The position numbers and the translations under genes were made by a program. A model generated the notes under the pieces. The model searched no databases. It was not told the origin of the DNA and was given only the letters and a program-made list of their open reading frames with translations. A stretch of 33,923 nucleotides of DNA from Dehalococcoidia bacterium (GTDB taxonomy: Bacteria; Chloroflexota; Dehalococcoidia; DSTF01; JACRBR01), in assembly GCA_031430415.1 (NCBI GenBank), contig JANPBN010000097.1:1-33923 (forward strand), given 5' to 3'. Each line of letters opens with the position of its first letter. Positions within the stretch are counted from its first letter, which is position 1. Shown in pieces: positions 7,973 through 17,793 of the stretch.

Positions 7973-9156
7973 CGCGGCACCCCGGCGGCGGTCCGGGCTT
8001 CATCGAGCGACTGATCGGTGGCCGGAGCTCGGCCGGTGGCCGCGCGGTACACGTCCAATGTCTGGCGGGCTGTCTCCGCCCACGTGTAACGGCTGGCGCG
8101 GGCCCAGCCAGCCACGGACATCATCCGCTGCTCTCCGGGCGATGTGACGATGTCGAGGATTGCGGCGGCAAGAGCGGCATCGTCGAGGGGCGCCACAAGT
8201 CGCGCGGCGTCCCCAAGAATCTCTCGGTGCGCCGCCAGATCGGAGGCGATGACGGGTGTGCCCGCGGCCATCGCTTCGAGCGGCGGCAGGCCGAATCCTT
8301 CGGCGAGTGAAGGAAAGACGAACACTGTGGCATTCCGATACAACAAGGCGAGATCGCCATCGGTGAGGCCGGACACGATACGGACGCGACCATGCAGCCC
8401 AGACCGGCGAATCTCCTCATGGATGGGTATCGCGTCGCCAGAGCCGGCGGCTGCAACGACGACGAGCGCGAGGCCTGGTGCGGCGCTTGCCACGCGCGCA
8501 AACGCCTGAAGGACGGTGATGAGGTTCTTACGCGACTCGAACGAGCCCACGAACAGGACATAAGGCGTGACTTGATCGCGTCGCTCGCCGATGGGTGTCT
8601 GGACAACGCCGTTACAGACAACATCAAGCCGGTCAGCGGGCAGCGCCAGCAGACCAGAGATCTCGGCGCGCGATGCGCGGGAGACAGTGATGACGCGCGC
8701 GGCGCGGCGCACGGCGCCAAGGTTCCAGCGATACCACGCGCGCTGCCGCAACGGCAGCCGACGCGGGCCCTTACCGTACAGCGTCATCGGTATCACGTCG
8801 TGGAGCGTGACGACGAGCGGACACGTTAGGCGACGCGGGACGGGAGGCCATGCTGGCCGTGGATGCACCGTCGGCGCATGAACGACATCCAATCCGAGAT
8901 CGCGGGCTAGCTGAGGCAAGCGCCACATGTACGATGCGAGGAGCGAGAGCTTTCCGAGGTGGGGAACCGGAAGCATGTGTATGCCCACGCCATCGCTCGT
9001 TGTCATCGGGAGATCCGTACCCTCCGGAGCGAACAGCTCAATGCGGTGGTCGCCGGACGTGTCGGCGAGCGCACGTACGAGACCATCGACGTAACGTCCG
9101 ATGCCAGAGTAGCGCGTCTCTGGCCCCAGAATCGACGCGTCGATGCCGATCCTCAC
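7969..9156 (-). CDS. Glycosyltransferase family 4
   Basis: Motif FPSLAEGFGLPPLEAMAAGTPVIASD. Start set at the GTG (V)RIGIDASILG, which forms a GTGA overlap with the upstream stop. The track ORF extends to 9240 with an Arg-rich overlapping extension. Confidence 0.85.
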   Translation of the reverse strand: MRIGIDASILGPETRYSGIGRYVDGLVRALADTSGDHRIELFAPEGTDLPMTTSDGVGIHMLPVPHLGKLSLLASYMWRLPQLARDLGLDVVHAPTVHPRPAWPPVPRRLTCPLVVTLHDVIPMTLYGKGPRRLPLRQRAWYRWNLGAVRRAARVITVSRASRAEISGLLALPADRLDVVCNGVVQTPIGERRDQVTPYVLFVGSFESRKNLITVLQAFARVASAAPGLALVVVAAAGSGDAIPIHEEIRRSGLHGRVRIVSGLTDGDLALLYRNATVFVFPSLAEGFGLPPLEAMAAGTPVIASDLAAHREILGDAARLVAPLDDAALAAAILDIVTSPGEQRMMSVAGWARASRYTWAETARQTLDVYRAATGRAPATDQSLDEARTAAGVPR

Positions 9157-10370
9157 GACGCGACTCCGGTGTGCAAGATCTCGCCACAGACAACGGAGAG
9201 GTGCGCTTCGACGCGTCTGGCCGCGGACTCCCATGTCCACGATGCGGCGACTTCGCGGCCGTTGCGACCGAGTTCGCGCGCAGCCTGCTCGTCGGCGAGA
9301 ACCGCCGTGAGGGCAGCCGCAAAGGCCGGAGCGTCGCGCGGAGTGAGCAGGCCGGTGATCCCATCGATCACGCTTTCGGTGACGCCGCCTTCGCCTACAG
9401 CTATCACCGGCAGTTGCGCGGACATCGCTTCGAGCACAGCCAGCCCAAACGGTTCGGCGTGCGGGGCGTAAACAAACGCGCGCGCTCCCCCGTACGCCTG
9501 AGCGAGTTCGACATCGGTCACCCGTGCGCGGATCTCGAGCGAAACACTCCGCTCCATCGCCAGGCCGCGGAGGTGTTCGGCGACGCCCTCGTTCACGTGG
9601 TTGCCAACGATCAACAGCGGCGGGCGAAGCGCAGGCGACAAGAGAGCAAGCGACTCGATCAGGAACTCGAAGCCTTTGTGATGCTCGATCGCGCCGACCG
9701 ACAGCAGGTAACCGCCGTCCGATCGCCGCGGCGGAAAGCGCTCCGCATCGACGCCGAGGTAGCAGACGTGGGCGTCGCGTGCGTAGTAGCCGCGAATGAG
9801 CGAGGCGGTGTGCGCGGAGTTCGTCAGCACGGCCCGCGCGCGCGCGACGTTGCGCTGGTCTCGCCGCTTTGTGACGTCATCCAGAAGCGATTCCGCCGGC
9901 TTGTGCCAGAACGACCGCAAACGCTGATAGGCGGTAAGCGGGCCCGAATCGGGGCGGCATTCGTCCTGCAGGAAGCGACGGGGCGGTTCATGACAGTAAT
10001 ACGCGGCAGGTGTGCTCATGTACGCGAGCACGCTCGGCGCCTGGAGAAACTGACACGCACTCACGAGCGCCGCGTCGTATCGCGCGGCATCGATCTGTTC
10101 GGACATGTGCGCGTAGGCGTCCTCGAGGGCGTCAAGATCCTGGTAGCGGCGCATGTCGTTGAGGTAGAGGCCGAGGCGCTTCGGGCCGCGCGCACGGTAT
10201 GGCAACACGGTGACGCTGCCCGCGTACTCGTGGCTGTTCACGAACGCCCGGTCGGCGCTCTCCAGCGTGAAGACATCGATCTCGTGACGCTGCGCGAGGC
10301 GCTTGCACAGCTCATGGATCGCGCGGGCGGCGCCCCCGGACGGGTGGTTATGGACGAGCGCGATGCGCAT
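9153..10370 (-). CDS. Glycosyltransferase family 4
   Basis: Motif YAPHAEPFGLAVLEAMSAQLPVIAVGEGGVTESV. Start set at MRIALVHNHPSGGA, preceded by GGGAGGG at about 9 nt. This overlaps the Wzy-like gene end by 23 nt. The alternative start is 10427. Confidence 0.85.
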   Translation of the reverse strand: MRIALVHNHPSGGAARAIHELCKRLAQRHEIDVFTLESADRAFVNSHEYAGSVTVLPYRARGPKRLGLYLNDMRRYQDLDALEDAYAHMSEQIDAARYDAALVSACQFLQAPSVLAYMSTPAAYYCHEPPRRFLQDECRPDSGPLTAYQRLRSFWHKPAESLLDDVTKRRDQRNVARARAVLTNSAHTASLIRGYYARDAHVCYLGVDAERFPPRRSDGGYLLSVGAIEHHKGFEFLIESLALLSPALRPPLLIVGNHVNEGVAEHLRGLAMERSVSLEIRARVTDVELAQAYGGARAFVYAPHAEPFGLAVLEAMSAQLPVIAVGEGGVTESVIDGITGLLTPRDAPAFAAALTAVLADEQAARELGRNGREVAASWTWESAARRVEAHLSVVCGEILHTGVAS

Positions 10371-11886
10371 CGACGGTGCCCTCCCATTCAGCTTCGAGGG
10401 CAGGAGCGCGGACAGCGATTCCGGCAAACAGCCAGAAGAGGAATGTCACCTGTACCGCTGCCCACACGGGGTGATAGGCGCTCACGAAGAGCAAGCCCAC
10501 GCCGGCGCCCGCAGTGCCGAGCGTGATGGTCCGCAGCGCGACGTCCCGGACGCGGAGGCCGGCGAGCAAACTGTGGCATGTGGCCGTGAGGAGCATCGCA
10601 GCGAAGAGCACCAGTGCGACCACGCCCATCTCGAGGCCCATCTGCAGGTACCAGGTCTCGGTGGCCCACGGCGGCAGGCCGCCCTCGCCAAGACCGTTGG
10701 CTGTGATGGAGACGTGGCTACCGTTGCCCAATCCGAGACCCCACGGCCTCGCCCGGATGATCTCGACGCTATCGGTGATGAGACGCGTGTGCGCGCTGGC
10801 GGATGCCTCTTCGCCCGAAAACAGCTCGCGGAACACACCGAAGGATGCGCCCGAGACGATGAGGAATCCGAGCGCCATCGCGGCGACGCCCCACGACAAC
10901 CACGTCGCCTTGGCAAAGGAGCGTGACACCAGCACGAGGACGAGCAGACCCATCGCTGCGCCTGCGAGCGGCGCCCTGGCGATCGTCATGCCGAGCGTGC
11001 CGATCATGAGCAGCAAGAATGCTCCGGCCCAGACTTGCGAACGGCCACGAACCGAAAAGAAGAGCGCCGCTGCAACCGGGACCAGGAGTACCTGATAGAA
11101 CGCGAGGCCCAGATCCGCGAGGAACAGCGACGACGCGCGCGGCAGTTCGCCTGAACCGAGGATCCGCGACCGCACAAACTCGACCTCGTGCGGCGTGCCG
11201 ATGGCAGCGGTGAAGTCCTGGTACCCGAGCATGTTCAGCACGCCGTTGCTCAGGTTCGGCGCGGCGAACTGGACCACAGCGACGCCGGCGATCACGATGC
11301 TCAGCGCGATCAATACCTTCAGTATGAGCCGCACGTCGTCACGCGTGAGCGTCAGCCCCCGGCCGACGAAGTACGCAAGCAGGTAGAGCGCGTCTTGCCG
11401 AACCGCGAGCGCGCGCACGAACGGCGTGGAGCCGCCTACGCTTCCCGGATAGAGCGAATATCCAACGACGAGCGCGATAAACGACAACACGAGAATGTCG
11501 AGGAAATGCACACGGGGTGCGCGGCGCTGGAGGAACAACTCGTGAACCATGCGGACCGCGAGTACGACGATGATCTCGTCCTTCCACAGCTGACTGGCGC
11601 GCAAGACCGGAGTGGAGTGCGTGGCCGCAAATGCCGCGAACGAGATGAACCGGGCGAGCGTGATCAGCACCACAAGGGCGATGACGGTTCGGGTGGGCCA
11701 CTGCCAGGCGATCCACGCAAGCACGGCGGCGAACGCGAGAGCGAGCAGCAGAACGGACATGCCCGCGACTACGCTGCCAAACAGCACGACGCCGCCGAAG
11801 GCGACGAGCGCGGACACACCAGCGGCGCGGCGGACCCGCGCGAGTGCTCCCGATGGCGGGATGTAGGTGAACTCTGCGAAGGTCAC
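10348..11886 (-). CDS. Polytopic membrane protein of the O-antigen ligase/Wzy-polymerase-like family
   Basis: About 512 aa with at least 10 hydrophobic helices. It has a periplasmic-loop-like segment (RPWGLGLGNGSHV....TETWYLQMGLEMGVVAL) of the type seen in Wzy_C/WaaL-like proteins. GTG start (VTFAEFTY) is in a GTGA overlap with the upstream GT2. The track extension to 12090 is Arg/Pro-rich. Confidence 0.7.
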   Translation of the reverse strand: MTFAEFTYIPPSGALARVRRAAGVSALVAFGGVVLFGSVVAGMSVLLLALAFAAVLAWIAWQWPTRTVIALVVLITLARFISFAAFAATHSTPVLRASQLWKDEIIVVLAVRMVHELFLQRRAPRVHFLDILVLSFIALVVGYSLYPGSVGGSTPFVRALAVRQDALYLLAYFVGRGLTLTRDDVRLILKVLIALSIVIAGVAVVQFAAPNLSNGVLNMLGYQDFTAAIGTPHEVEFVRSRILGSGELPRASSLFLADLGLAFYQVLLVPVAAALFFSVRGRSQVWAGAFLLLMIGTLGMTIARAPLAGAAMGLLVLVLVSRSFAKATWLSWGVAAMALGFLIVSGASFGVFRELFSGEEASASAHTRLITDSVEIIRARPWGLGLGNGSHVSITANGLGEGGLPPWATETWYLQMGLEMGVVALVLFAAMLLTATCHSLLAGLRVRDVALRTITLGTAGAGVGLLFVSAYHPVWAAVQVTFLFWLFAGIAVRAPALEAEWEGTVDAHRARP

Positions 11887-12857
11887 TGTGCGAACACCGT
11901 TTCGAGACTGCGCTGTGCTGCGACGTCGACAGGATCGTGCGAATACGGCGCGGGCCCACCGCGGCGGCGGAGCACATCGAGCAACGCGCGCGTCTGGGCG
12001 TGGTAGTAGCTGTCGTGGCGGTGGCGGCGGGAGACCGCCGAGCGGACGCATGTCTTCGCGAGTGTGAGCGCCAGGCGGCCAGCGGCCCATGCGCGCACGA
12101 CCACTCCTCCGTGGCGAAAGGCGAGCATGAAATAGTTACGGCATGCGTAGTACCGCGCGATGCGCGGATCGAGGCGTTTCGTCGACTCGGAGACGGCGTG
12201 CCAGATCCGCGCGCGTGGAGCAAAGTACGTGCGCACGCCGCGTTTGCCGGCGGTGAGACACCAGTCGACGTCTTCGAGATAGAGAAAGTACCGCTCGTCC
12301 ATGGGTCCGGCGATGGCGGCACTTTCCTGCGACAGGAATAGAGAACAGCCAGACGCCCACTGCACTTCGCGCGCGCGATCGAACGATCCCGCTGGCAGGC
12401 CGAGCCCGATGTGCTCGCGATTCAGCCACGGCCACTTGAGGAGGCCACCGGCGCTCCAGATGCGTCCCTCTCCGCCTCCGACGAGGATTTCCGGCGCAAC
12501 GATCGCCGGGCCGTTGACCGTCTCCGCCGTTCGGACGAGTTCGGTGAGCGCGCTTGGGTCGGCGAGCGTGTCGTTGTTGAGCATCCACACGTACCTGACG
12601 CCAGCTTCGCGCGCCCAACGCATTCCCACGTTGCAGGCGCCGGCGTAGCCGAGGTTGCGTCCGGTGCGCACTATCTCGAGCTGCGAAAACTCGCGATCGA
12701 GCTCGTCGGCGGAACCATCGGTCGAGCCGTTGTCGATGACGGCGATGCGATAAGAGGTGTGGTCGAGGGCAAGCAACGAACCGAGACAGCGACGCGTTTG
12801 CGCCGCGCCGTTCCAGTTGATCACCACGATGCCTACCTGCTGCAACATTCCCGTCAT
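11883..12857 (-). CDS. Glycosyltransferase family 2 (WbbL/rhamnosyltransferase-like GT-A)
   Basis: VGIVVINWNGAAQTRRCLGSLLALDHTSYRIAVIDNGSTDGS, then NLGYAGACNVG and MLNNDT. Start at MTGMLQQ lies 5 nt after the upstream stop. The track extension to 13121 overlaps the upstream gene. Confidence 0.85.
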   Translation of the reverse strand: MTGMLQQVGIVVINWNGAAQTRRCLGSLLALDHTSYRIAVIDNGSTDGSADELDREFSQLEIVRTGRNLGYAGACNVGMRWAREAGVRYVWMLNNDTLADPSALTELVRTAETVNGPAIVAPEILVGGGEGRIWSAGGLLKWPWLNREHIGLGLPAGSFDRAREVQWASGCSLFLSQESAAIAGPMDERYFLYLEDVDWCLTAGKRGVRTYFAPRARIWHAVSESTKRLDPRIARYYACRNYFMLAFRHGGVVVRAWAAGRLALTLAKTCVRSAVSRRHRHDSYYHAQTRALLDVLRRRGGPAPYSHDPVDVAAQRSLETVFAQ

Positions 12858-12862
12858 CCCGC

Positions 12863-13525
12863 CTAGAACTCGTTCAGGACGACGCCGAGTACGGTGCTTC
12901 CAAGCCGCTCGATCTGCACGCGCGCGCGACGATGGACCGGCGCACCGGCATTCTGCGCGCGCATGACGTACAGCGCGTTGCCAGCTTTCCGTGCGGCGAG
13001 AAATCCGTCGCTGGAGAGCGTGGTTGGCGGCGTGTCGATGATCGTGTACATGTCCGAAGCGGCGGCGGCCTGAATCGCATCGTCGATGCGATAGCGGTTG
13101 TCCTGATTGGCCTCCGCCCATTGCATGAGGTAGACGCCCGGCCGGTTCGTCTCGGTGACCGACCGCCGCAGTTCCGGCGGAATACCATCGCGGAGTTGGC
13201 TGGCTCCGGCGCGGAACAACCGGCTCAGGGCGCCATGCTCCTCTTCGATCAACAGGACGCGGTGATCCTCGGCGAATGCAACCGCGAGATTCCCGGCGAC
13301 CAGTGATCGCCCATCGCCCGGGTGCGCGCTGACGACGGCGATGGCGCGGTTTGTCGAGTGCGTGAGGATCGCCTCGATATTCGCGCGGAGCAGCCGGAAT
13401 GACTGTGCGACCGCGCCCTCCGCCCGGCGGGAGATCAGCAACTCCGACATGTCCCGCGCGGGAGCAGTGCTGCCCGGACCAACCTGGTTGCCGTTGTGCG
13501 ATGGGGCTGGCGTAATGATCGACAT
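12863..13525 (-). CDS. BY-kinase-like (CpsD/CapB-type, MinD/ParA-fold) ATPase with degenerate catalytic motifs
   Basis: 220 aa, AGGAGG 5 nt upstream of the ATG. It follows the BY-kinase layout: AQSFRLLRANIE, a Walker-A-like VSAHPGDGRSLVAGNLA, and Walker B TIIDTPP. Walker A has R instead of K. The Walker A' position reads LLIEEEHG instead of LLIDaDLR. The protein ends ..GVVLNEF with no C-terminal Tyr cluster. Confidence 0.75.
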   Translation of the reverse strand: MSIITPAPSHNGNQVGPGSTAPARDMSELLISRRAEGAVAQSFRLLRANIEAILTHSTNRAIAVVSAHPGDGRSLVAGNLAVAFAEDHRVLLIEEEHGALSRLFRAGASQLRDGIPPELRRSVTETNRPGVYLMQWAEANQDNRYRIDDAIQAAAASDMYTIIDTPPTTLSSDGFLAARKAGNALYVMRAQNAGAPVHRRARVQIERLGSTVLGVVLNEF

Positions 13526-13533
13526 GCTGCCTC

Positions 13534-14904
13534 CTAACCCGTGATACGTGCGACTCGCCCGATCACGGGCGCCCCGAATTCGCGTTCGATGTCTTCCACG
13601 GTGACCGGCTCGCGTTCGAAGTAGGCCAGCACGTATACGGCGGTCACTGACACGAACACCGCTACGAAGACGCCTAGCGCGTACGTCAGGATCAACCAGA
13701 TCAGGCTTGTCTGCAGATGGGCATTTTGCAGGAGTAGCGCCCGGGCGCTCGCTGGTAACGTCCGCCCGGCGACTACGTCGATGACCTTCTGTTGCAGCGA
13801 GGACAGATGGGTCTCCGCGCGCTGCAAATCGAGGTTGAGCTTGCTGTACTGCGGCTCGAGCCCGGACAGTCGTTGTAATTCCGCCGTCTCGATCAGGATG
13901 GCGTTCCGAAGGACATCGGAGCCGGCCTGCGAACTGGCATCGGTGACGGTCAGCTGGTTCACGAGCGCCATCTGGGACTGGATCGCCCCGTCGAGCTGGG
14001 AGACGTTGTTGATGGATTGAAAGTCGCCGAGCGCGCCGACGGAGCCGTCAAAGTTGGCTTCGGCCTGGGCGAGCTGATCGCGCGCCTGGAGGAGAGGCGC
14101 TTCGCCTGCAGCACCGGCCTGCTCGAGGTCGGAGACACGATCGCGAAGACGAAGGACCGCGCTTTGCGAGAGCCCGACCTCAAACGACAGTCGCTCATAC
14201 TCTGGTTGGAGTCGAAGCAGCGACCCGAGTTGCCCCTGCGCGGCCGAAAGCGACGCGTTCTGCCCCGTTCCCTGCTGACCGCGGCCCGAAGTTGCCGAGA
14301 TCCGCGCCAATTGAAGCTGCGAGATCAGTCCGAGTTTCTGGTCGCGGCGCTGAGTCAGGGCATAGGCGTCGTTGTCGGTCTGAAAGCGCACCAATGCGCT
14401 GCGGGCTACATCGACATCGCCCTGTGCGATGTCGAGTTCTGTCTGGAACGCGCGCCGCACATCGCGACTATCCGGCGTGTTGATCTCGGCGAAGAGCACC
14501 TGCGCTTCCACCGCGGCGATGTTCGCGACGCGCAGCGCCGTTTCCTTGTCCGTGTGCTTGACTCGCACTTCGTACAGGAGGCTCGTGCTGGAACGACCCA
14601 CCGTCAGCTTCGGCTCGATGATCAGCCAGCCGCGCACCTGATCCGGCGTCGTGCCGTCGGCCAGCTTGGCGGCAATCCGTTCCGAAAGCGTCTCGCTTTC
14701 GGCGAGTGCATCGAACCCGATTTGCGCGGGCAAGTACTCGCCCGGCGGCGGGATGTACGACTGCAGTACGGCCACGGTAACGGCCGCCTCCGCCCTATCG
14801 GTGGCGCGGTGATAGGCCCAGAAACCGGCCAACGACACGACGATCGCGACGACAGGTACGAACCACCACCGAAGCAGCGCTCGAACAAACAGTCTCATCT
14901 CCAT
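13534..14904 (-). CDS. Polysaccharide co-polymerase / chain-length determinant (Wzz/CapA-like transmembrane modulator)
   Basis: 456 aa. N-terminal TM (WWFVPVVAIVVSLAGFWAY), a long Gln/Leu/Ala-rich helical middle region, and a C-terminal TM (LIWLILTYALGVFVAVFVSVTAVYVLAYF). It sits directly upstream of the BY-kinase-like gene. SD is AGGGGGTGG. Confidence 0.75.
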   Translation of the reverse strand: MEMRLFVRALLRWWFVPVVAIVVSLAGFWAYHRATDRAEAAVTVAVLQSYIPPPGEYLPAQIGFDALAESETLSERIAAKLADGTTPDQVRGWLIIEPKLTVGRSSTSLLYEVRVKHTDKETALRVANIAAVEAQVLFAEINTPDSRDVRRAFQTELDIAQGDVDVARSALVRFQTDNDAYALTQRRDQKLGLISQLQLARISATSGRGQQGTGQNASLSAAQGQLGSLLRLQPEYERLSFEVGLSQSAVLRLRDRVSDLEQAGAAGEAPLLQARDQLAQAEANFDGSVGALGDFQSINNVSQLDGAIQSQMALVNQLTVTDASSQAGSDVLRNAILIETAELQRLSGLEPQYSKLNLDLQRAETHLSSLQQKVIDVVAGRTLPASARALLLQNAHLQTSLIWLILTYALGVFVAVFVSVTAVYVLAYFEREPVTVEDIEREFGAPVIGRVARITG

Positions 14905-14916
14905 CGACCACCCCCT

Positions 14917-15975
14917 TTAGAGCACCGGCCTGCGAAACCGGATACTTCCACCAAGCAATGCGCCGAACGCGACGCAGTCATACGCAAAGTGAGCCAACGC
15001 CTTCGCAACGGGCCACCGGCCGCTCAACCGGCGCCGTGCAGCAAAGGCACCAAGGTACGGGAGCGTTAGGATGAGAGCCGCGCGGCGCCATCGCGCCAGC
15101 ACGACACCCGCGACGAATGCGTCGAACAGCGCGTGCGTCGGATGTACCCAGACGCCGAGCCACAGGTGACGGCGGAACTCTGGGTATCGTGCGGCCTTGG
15201 CCGGCCAGTTGTAGAAGCGACGAGGCTGCGTCACCCATGAGAATGCGGACAGCCGCATCACTTGATGGTGCACAAGCGCCGTCTCCGCGAACCTGGCGTC
15301 CCAACCGAGGCGGCGCACGCGCCAGCCGAGGTCCACGTCCTCCCAGTAGTGGCAATCCGGATCGAAGCCTCCGGCCGCCAGGATCGCTTCGCGCGGATAG
15401 CAGACATTGGAGGTCGAGAATGAGCCATCCAATCGCCGTGTTTCGATGAAGTGATTGAACAGCGGCTGCCGAGCGCCGGGAAGCGCCGCGGTGCGTCCCT
15501 GGACGATCCCGGTTCCCGCGCCGACAGCGGCGAGCATGGCGCGTAGCCAGCCGGCGGAGGGAACGCAGTCGCTGTCGGTAAATGCGACGTACCGGCCCCG
15601 CGCGAGGTCGACTCCTACGTTACGCGCGATGGCAGGGCCACAGTCACGGACCATTCGCACGCCCGTAAAGTCCACGGACGTGTGAGTGGCAACGTCACGC
15701 ATCAAGGCGGACGAGTCGTCGGTAGATGCGTTGTCGACGACGATCACTTCGTACTCGTCGTGCCGGAGGTTTTGGTCAAGCAGCGCAGCGATCGTTTGGG
15801 CGACGAGGTCGCGGCGATTCCGCGTCGGCACAACGACGGAGATGGCTGGCGCAGCGGAACGCGGGCCGCCGGTAGCGATAATGTCGTACAGGTCACGTCG
15901 CGCGCGGTTAGCGTCCGGCGCGGATGCCTGTGCTGGCGCGACTCCCTGGCCGTTGTGGCGCATCGTCAATGTCAC
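14917..15975 (-). CDS. Glycosyltransferase family 2 with C-terminal membrane segments (paralogue A)
   Basis: ISVVVPTRNRRDLVAQTIAALLDQ, VIVVDNASTDDS, DxD FTDSDCVPSAGWLR, DVDLGWRVRRLGW, hydrophobic C-terminus. Start is either the GTG at 15975 (GTGA overlap with the upstream stop) or the ATG at 15963. The track extension to 16116 overlaps the upstream gene. Confidence 0.8.
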   Translation of the reverse strand: MTLTMRHNGQGVAPAQASAPDANRARRDLYDIIATGGPRSAAPAISVVVPTRNRRDLVAQTIAALLDQNLRHDEYEVIVVDNASTDDSSALMRDVATHTSVDFTGVRMVRDCGPAIARNVGVDLARGRYVAFTDSDCVPSAGWLRAMLAAVGAGTGIVQGRTAALPGARQPLFNHFIETRRLDGSFSTSNVCYPREAILAAGGFDPDCHYWEDVDLGWRVRRLGWDARFAETALVHHQVMRLSAFSWVTQPRRFYNWPAKAARYPEFRRHLWLGVWVHPTHALFDAFVAGVVLARWRRAALILTLPYLGAFAARRRLSGRWPVAKALAHFAYDCVAFGALLGGSIRFRRPVL

Positions 15976-17012
15976 AGGACAATGCTCCGCTTCCGAATGC
16001 TGCTCTGGATCAGCGTGGCAGAGAGCAACGCCGAACTCTGCGCTTGCAGGGCGAACCTGGCGGCCGCTCGCCCCCAGCGCTTGGGAGGCCATACATCGCG
16101 CCGAACAGCGGGCCACGTCGTCTGGATCCAGGGCAGCGTCAGGAGCAACCCCGCACGGTGGCGCCGGCTCGCGGCCACACCAACGGCGGCAAGGCAGAAC
16201 ATGGCGCTCTGACGGTGCAGGAAGTAGCGGCCATAGAACGACGTCCGTCGCAGCTCTGGAATACGCGCCGCAAGCTCAGGCAGAATCTGGGCCGCGAGCG
16301 GCTGAAACAGGTAGCTCTTGAGCGAGATGGGTGAAGCCTGGTGGTAGACGATGGCATCCTGGGCAAACTCGGATCCGCTCCCCGCGCGCTTGATCCGCCA
16401 CGCGAGGTCCGTGTCATCGCCTCCCACCGGTTGCCCCCACGAGTAGGTGCGGAACTGTTCGTTGAAGCCCTGGTTCGCGATGAAAGCCTCGCGGCGGTAG
16501 AAGACGTTGGCCGTCGCGTACAGTCCGTCCTCATGATTGATCTCGTAGATCTGGTGCATGAAGAACGCCGGGTCGGGTCCATCCCACACCGGGCGAATCG
16601 GGCCGCAAACAACATCGACGCCCGGCTCGAAGCGGACGACCGCGCTGCGCAGCCACCCGGGCGAGGGCACGCAGTCGCTGTCGGTAAAGGCGAGGATCTC
16701 GCCGGATGCCATTTCGGCGCCGCGGTTACGAGAAGCGGCCGGGCCGTCGTCATCCTTACGCAGATAGCGCACGGGAAAGGGGCTCGCATTCATCGCGGCG
16801 CGCACGACGCCTTCGGTGCCGTCCGTGGAGGAGTTGTCGACGACGATGACTTCCATGCGGTCGACCGGATAGACCTGATTCGAGAGCGCGCCGAGAACAT
16901 CGCTCAGGAGGTGCGCCCGATTTCGCGTCGGGACGATCACGGTGACGCTCGGCCAGGCGGCGCGCAGGCCGGCTGCTTCTTCGTACGGCTGGACGGCGCT
17001 AGTACTCACCAA
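15972..17012 (-). CDS. Glycosyltransferase family 2 with C-terminal membrane segments (paralogue B)
   Basis: 346 aa, GTG start. SVTVIVPTRNRAHLLSDVLGALSNQ, VIVVDNSSTDGT, FTDSDCVPSPGWLR, DTDLAWRIKRAG. Same architecture as 14917..15975. Confidence 0.85.
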   Translation of the reverse strand: MVSTSAVQPYEEAAGLRAAWPSVTVIVPTRNRAHLLSDVLGALSNQVYPVDRMEVIVVDNSSTDGTEGVVRAAMNASPFPVRYLRKDDDGPAASRNRGAEMASGEILAFTDSDCVPSPGWLRSAVVRFEPGVDVVCGPIRPVWDGPDPAFFMHQIYEINHEDGLYATANVFYRREAFIANQGFNEQFRTYSWGQPVGGDDTDLAWRIKRAGSGSEFAQDAIVYHQASPISLKSYLFQPLAAQILPELAARIPELRRTSFYGRYFLHRQSAMFCLAAVGVAASRRHRAGLLLTLPWIQTTWPAVRRDVWPPKRWGRAAARFALQAQSSALLSATLIQSSIRKRSIVL

Positions 17013-17793
17013 GGGAACCCTCCCGTTTTGCCCGGTTCAAGGACCAGGTGAACGAATAGATCGCAGGCGGCAACAGGATCGCCGCCATGATGGTGAGGAT
17101 GACCACCTGCGGCGCCACGTCGATGAGGCTGGCGCCATCGAAGGCGGACCGGATGCCGGTCAGCGCGTGTGTCAGCGGGACAAGTTGGGTCAGCGGCTCG
17201 ACCCAGTCAGGGAGCGCCTGCACCGGGTAGATGGCGCCGCCAAGCACAGCTGTGACGGCGGAGTACGCGATCAGCACCGGATCGCCCTGCTTCACGAGAA
17301 GCATGAACGCCGCGGACATCGCACCCATCGCGAGAAAGGTGAGCATGGCGGGGATGAAGACCGCGATGACGGCGACCGGGTCGGCGCTGTGCCAGAAACC
17401 AAGAACGGCGACACCGAATACGACGAAGAGCGACATCCGGAACATGGAGAACAGGAAGCGGAATCCCCACAGCGATGCGAGGAGTTGGGTGTCGCTGATT
17501 GGTGCGAGCAGCATCGGCTCGAGTGTTCCCGCGCGCTGGTTGTCGTTGATCGCCCGCGGTATCGCCGCGAGACCCTGCATGAAGACATCCATGAACGCGA
17601 GCCCAAGGAAGATGAACGCGACGTAGCTGCCGTTCTCCTCTTCGATCAAGTCGGAGCGGCCGTTGATGGCGGTTCCCGTGAAGTAGATGAGGCCGATCAT
17701 GGTGAAGACGCCCGCGACCTGCCACACAGCGGCCAGCCGGTAGCTACCCCAGATCAAGAAGTCGCGGCGGAGGTACGCCATCGCCACGCTCAT
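16999..17793 (-). CDS. ABC-2 type exporter permease (Wzm/TagG-like)
   Basis: About 264 aa with six hydrophobic helices and the ABC-2 signature region QRAGTLEPMLLAPIS. ATG (MSVAMAYLRRDF) forms an ATGA overlap with the ATPase gene stop. The track extension to 17889 is Arg-rich. Confidence 0.8.
   Translation of the reverse strand: MSVAMAYLRRDFLIWGSYRLAAVWQVAGVFTMIGLIYFTGTAINGRSDLIEEENGSYVAFIFLGLAFMDVFMQGLAAIPRAINDNQRAGTLEPMLLAPISDTQLLASLWGFRFLFSMFRMSLFVVFGVAVLGFWHSADPVAVIAVFIPAMLTFLAMGAMSAAFMLLVKQGDPVLIAYSAVTAVLGGAIYPVQALPDWVEPLTQLVPLTHALTGIRSAFDGASLIDVAPQVVILTIMAAILLPPAIYSFTWSLNRAKREGSLGEY

Noticed and set aside
8850-10526. 558-aa plus-strand ORF spanning two GT4 genes and the end of the Wzy-like gene
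   Set aside because: Arg-rich, low-complexity antisense translation. It crosses three well-supported minus-strand genes and has no recognisable domain.
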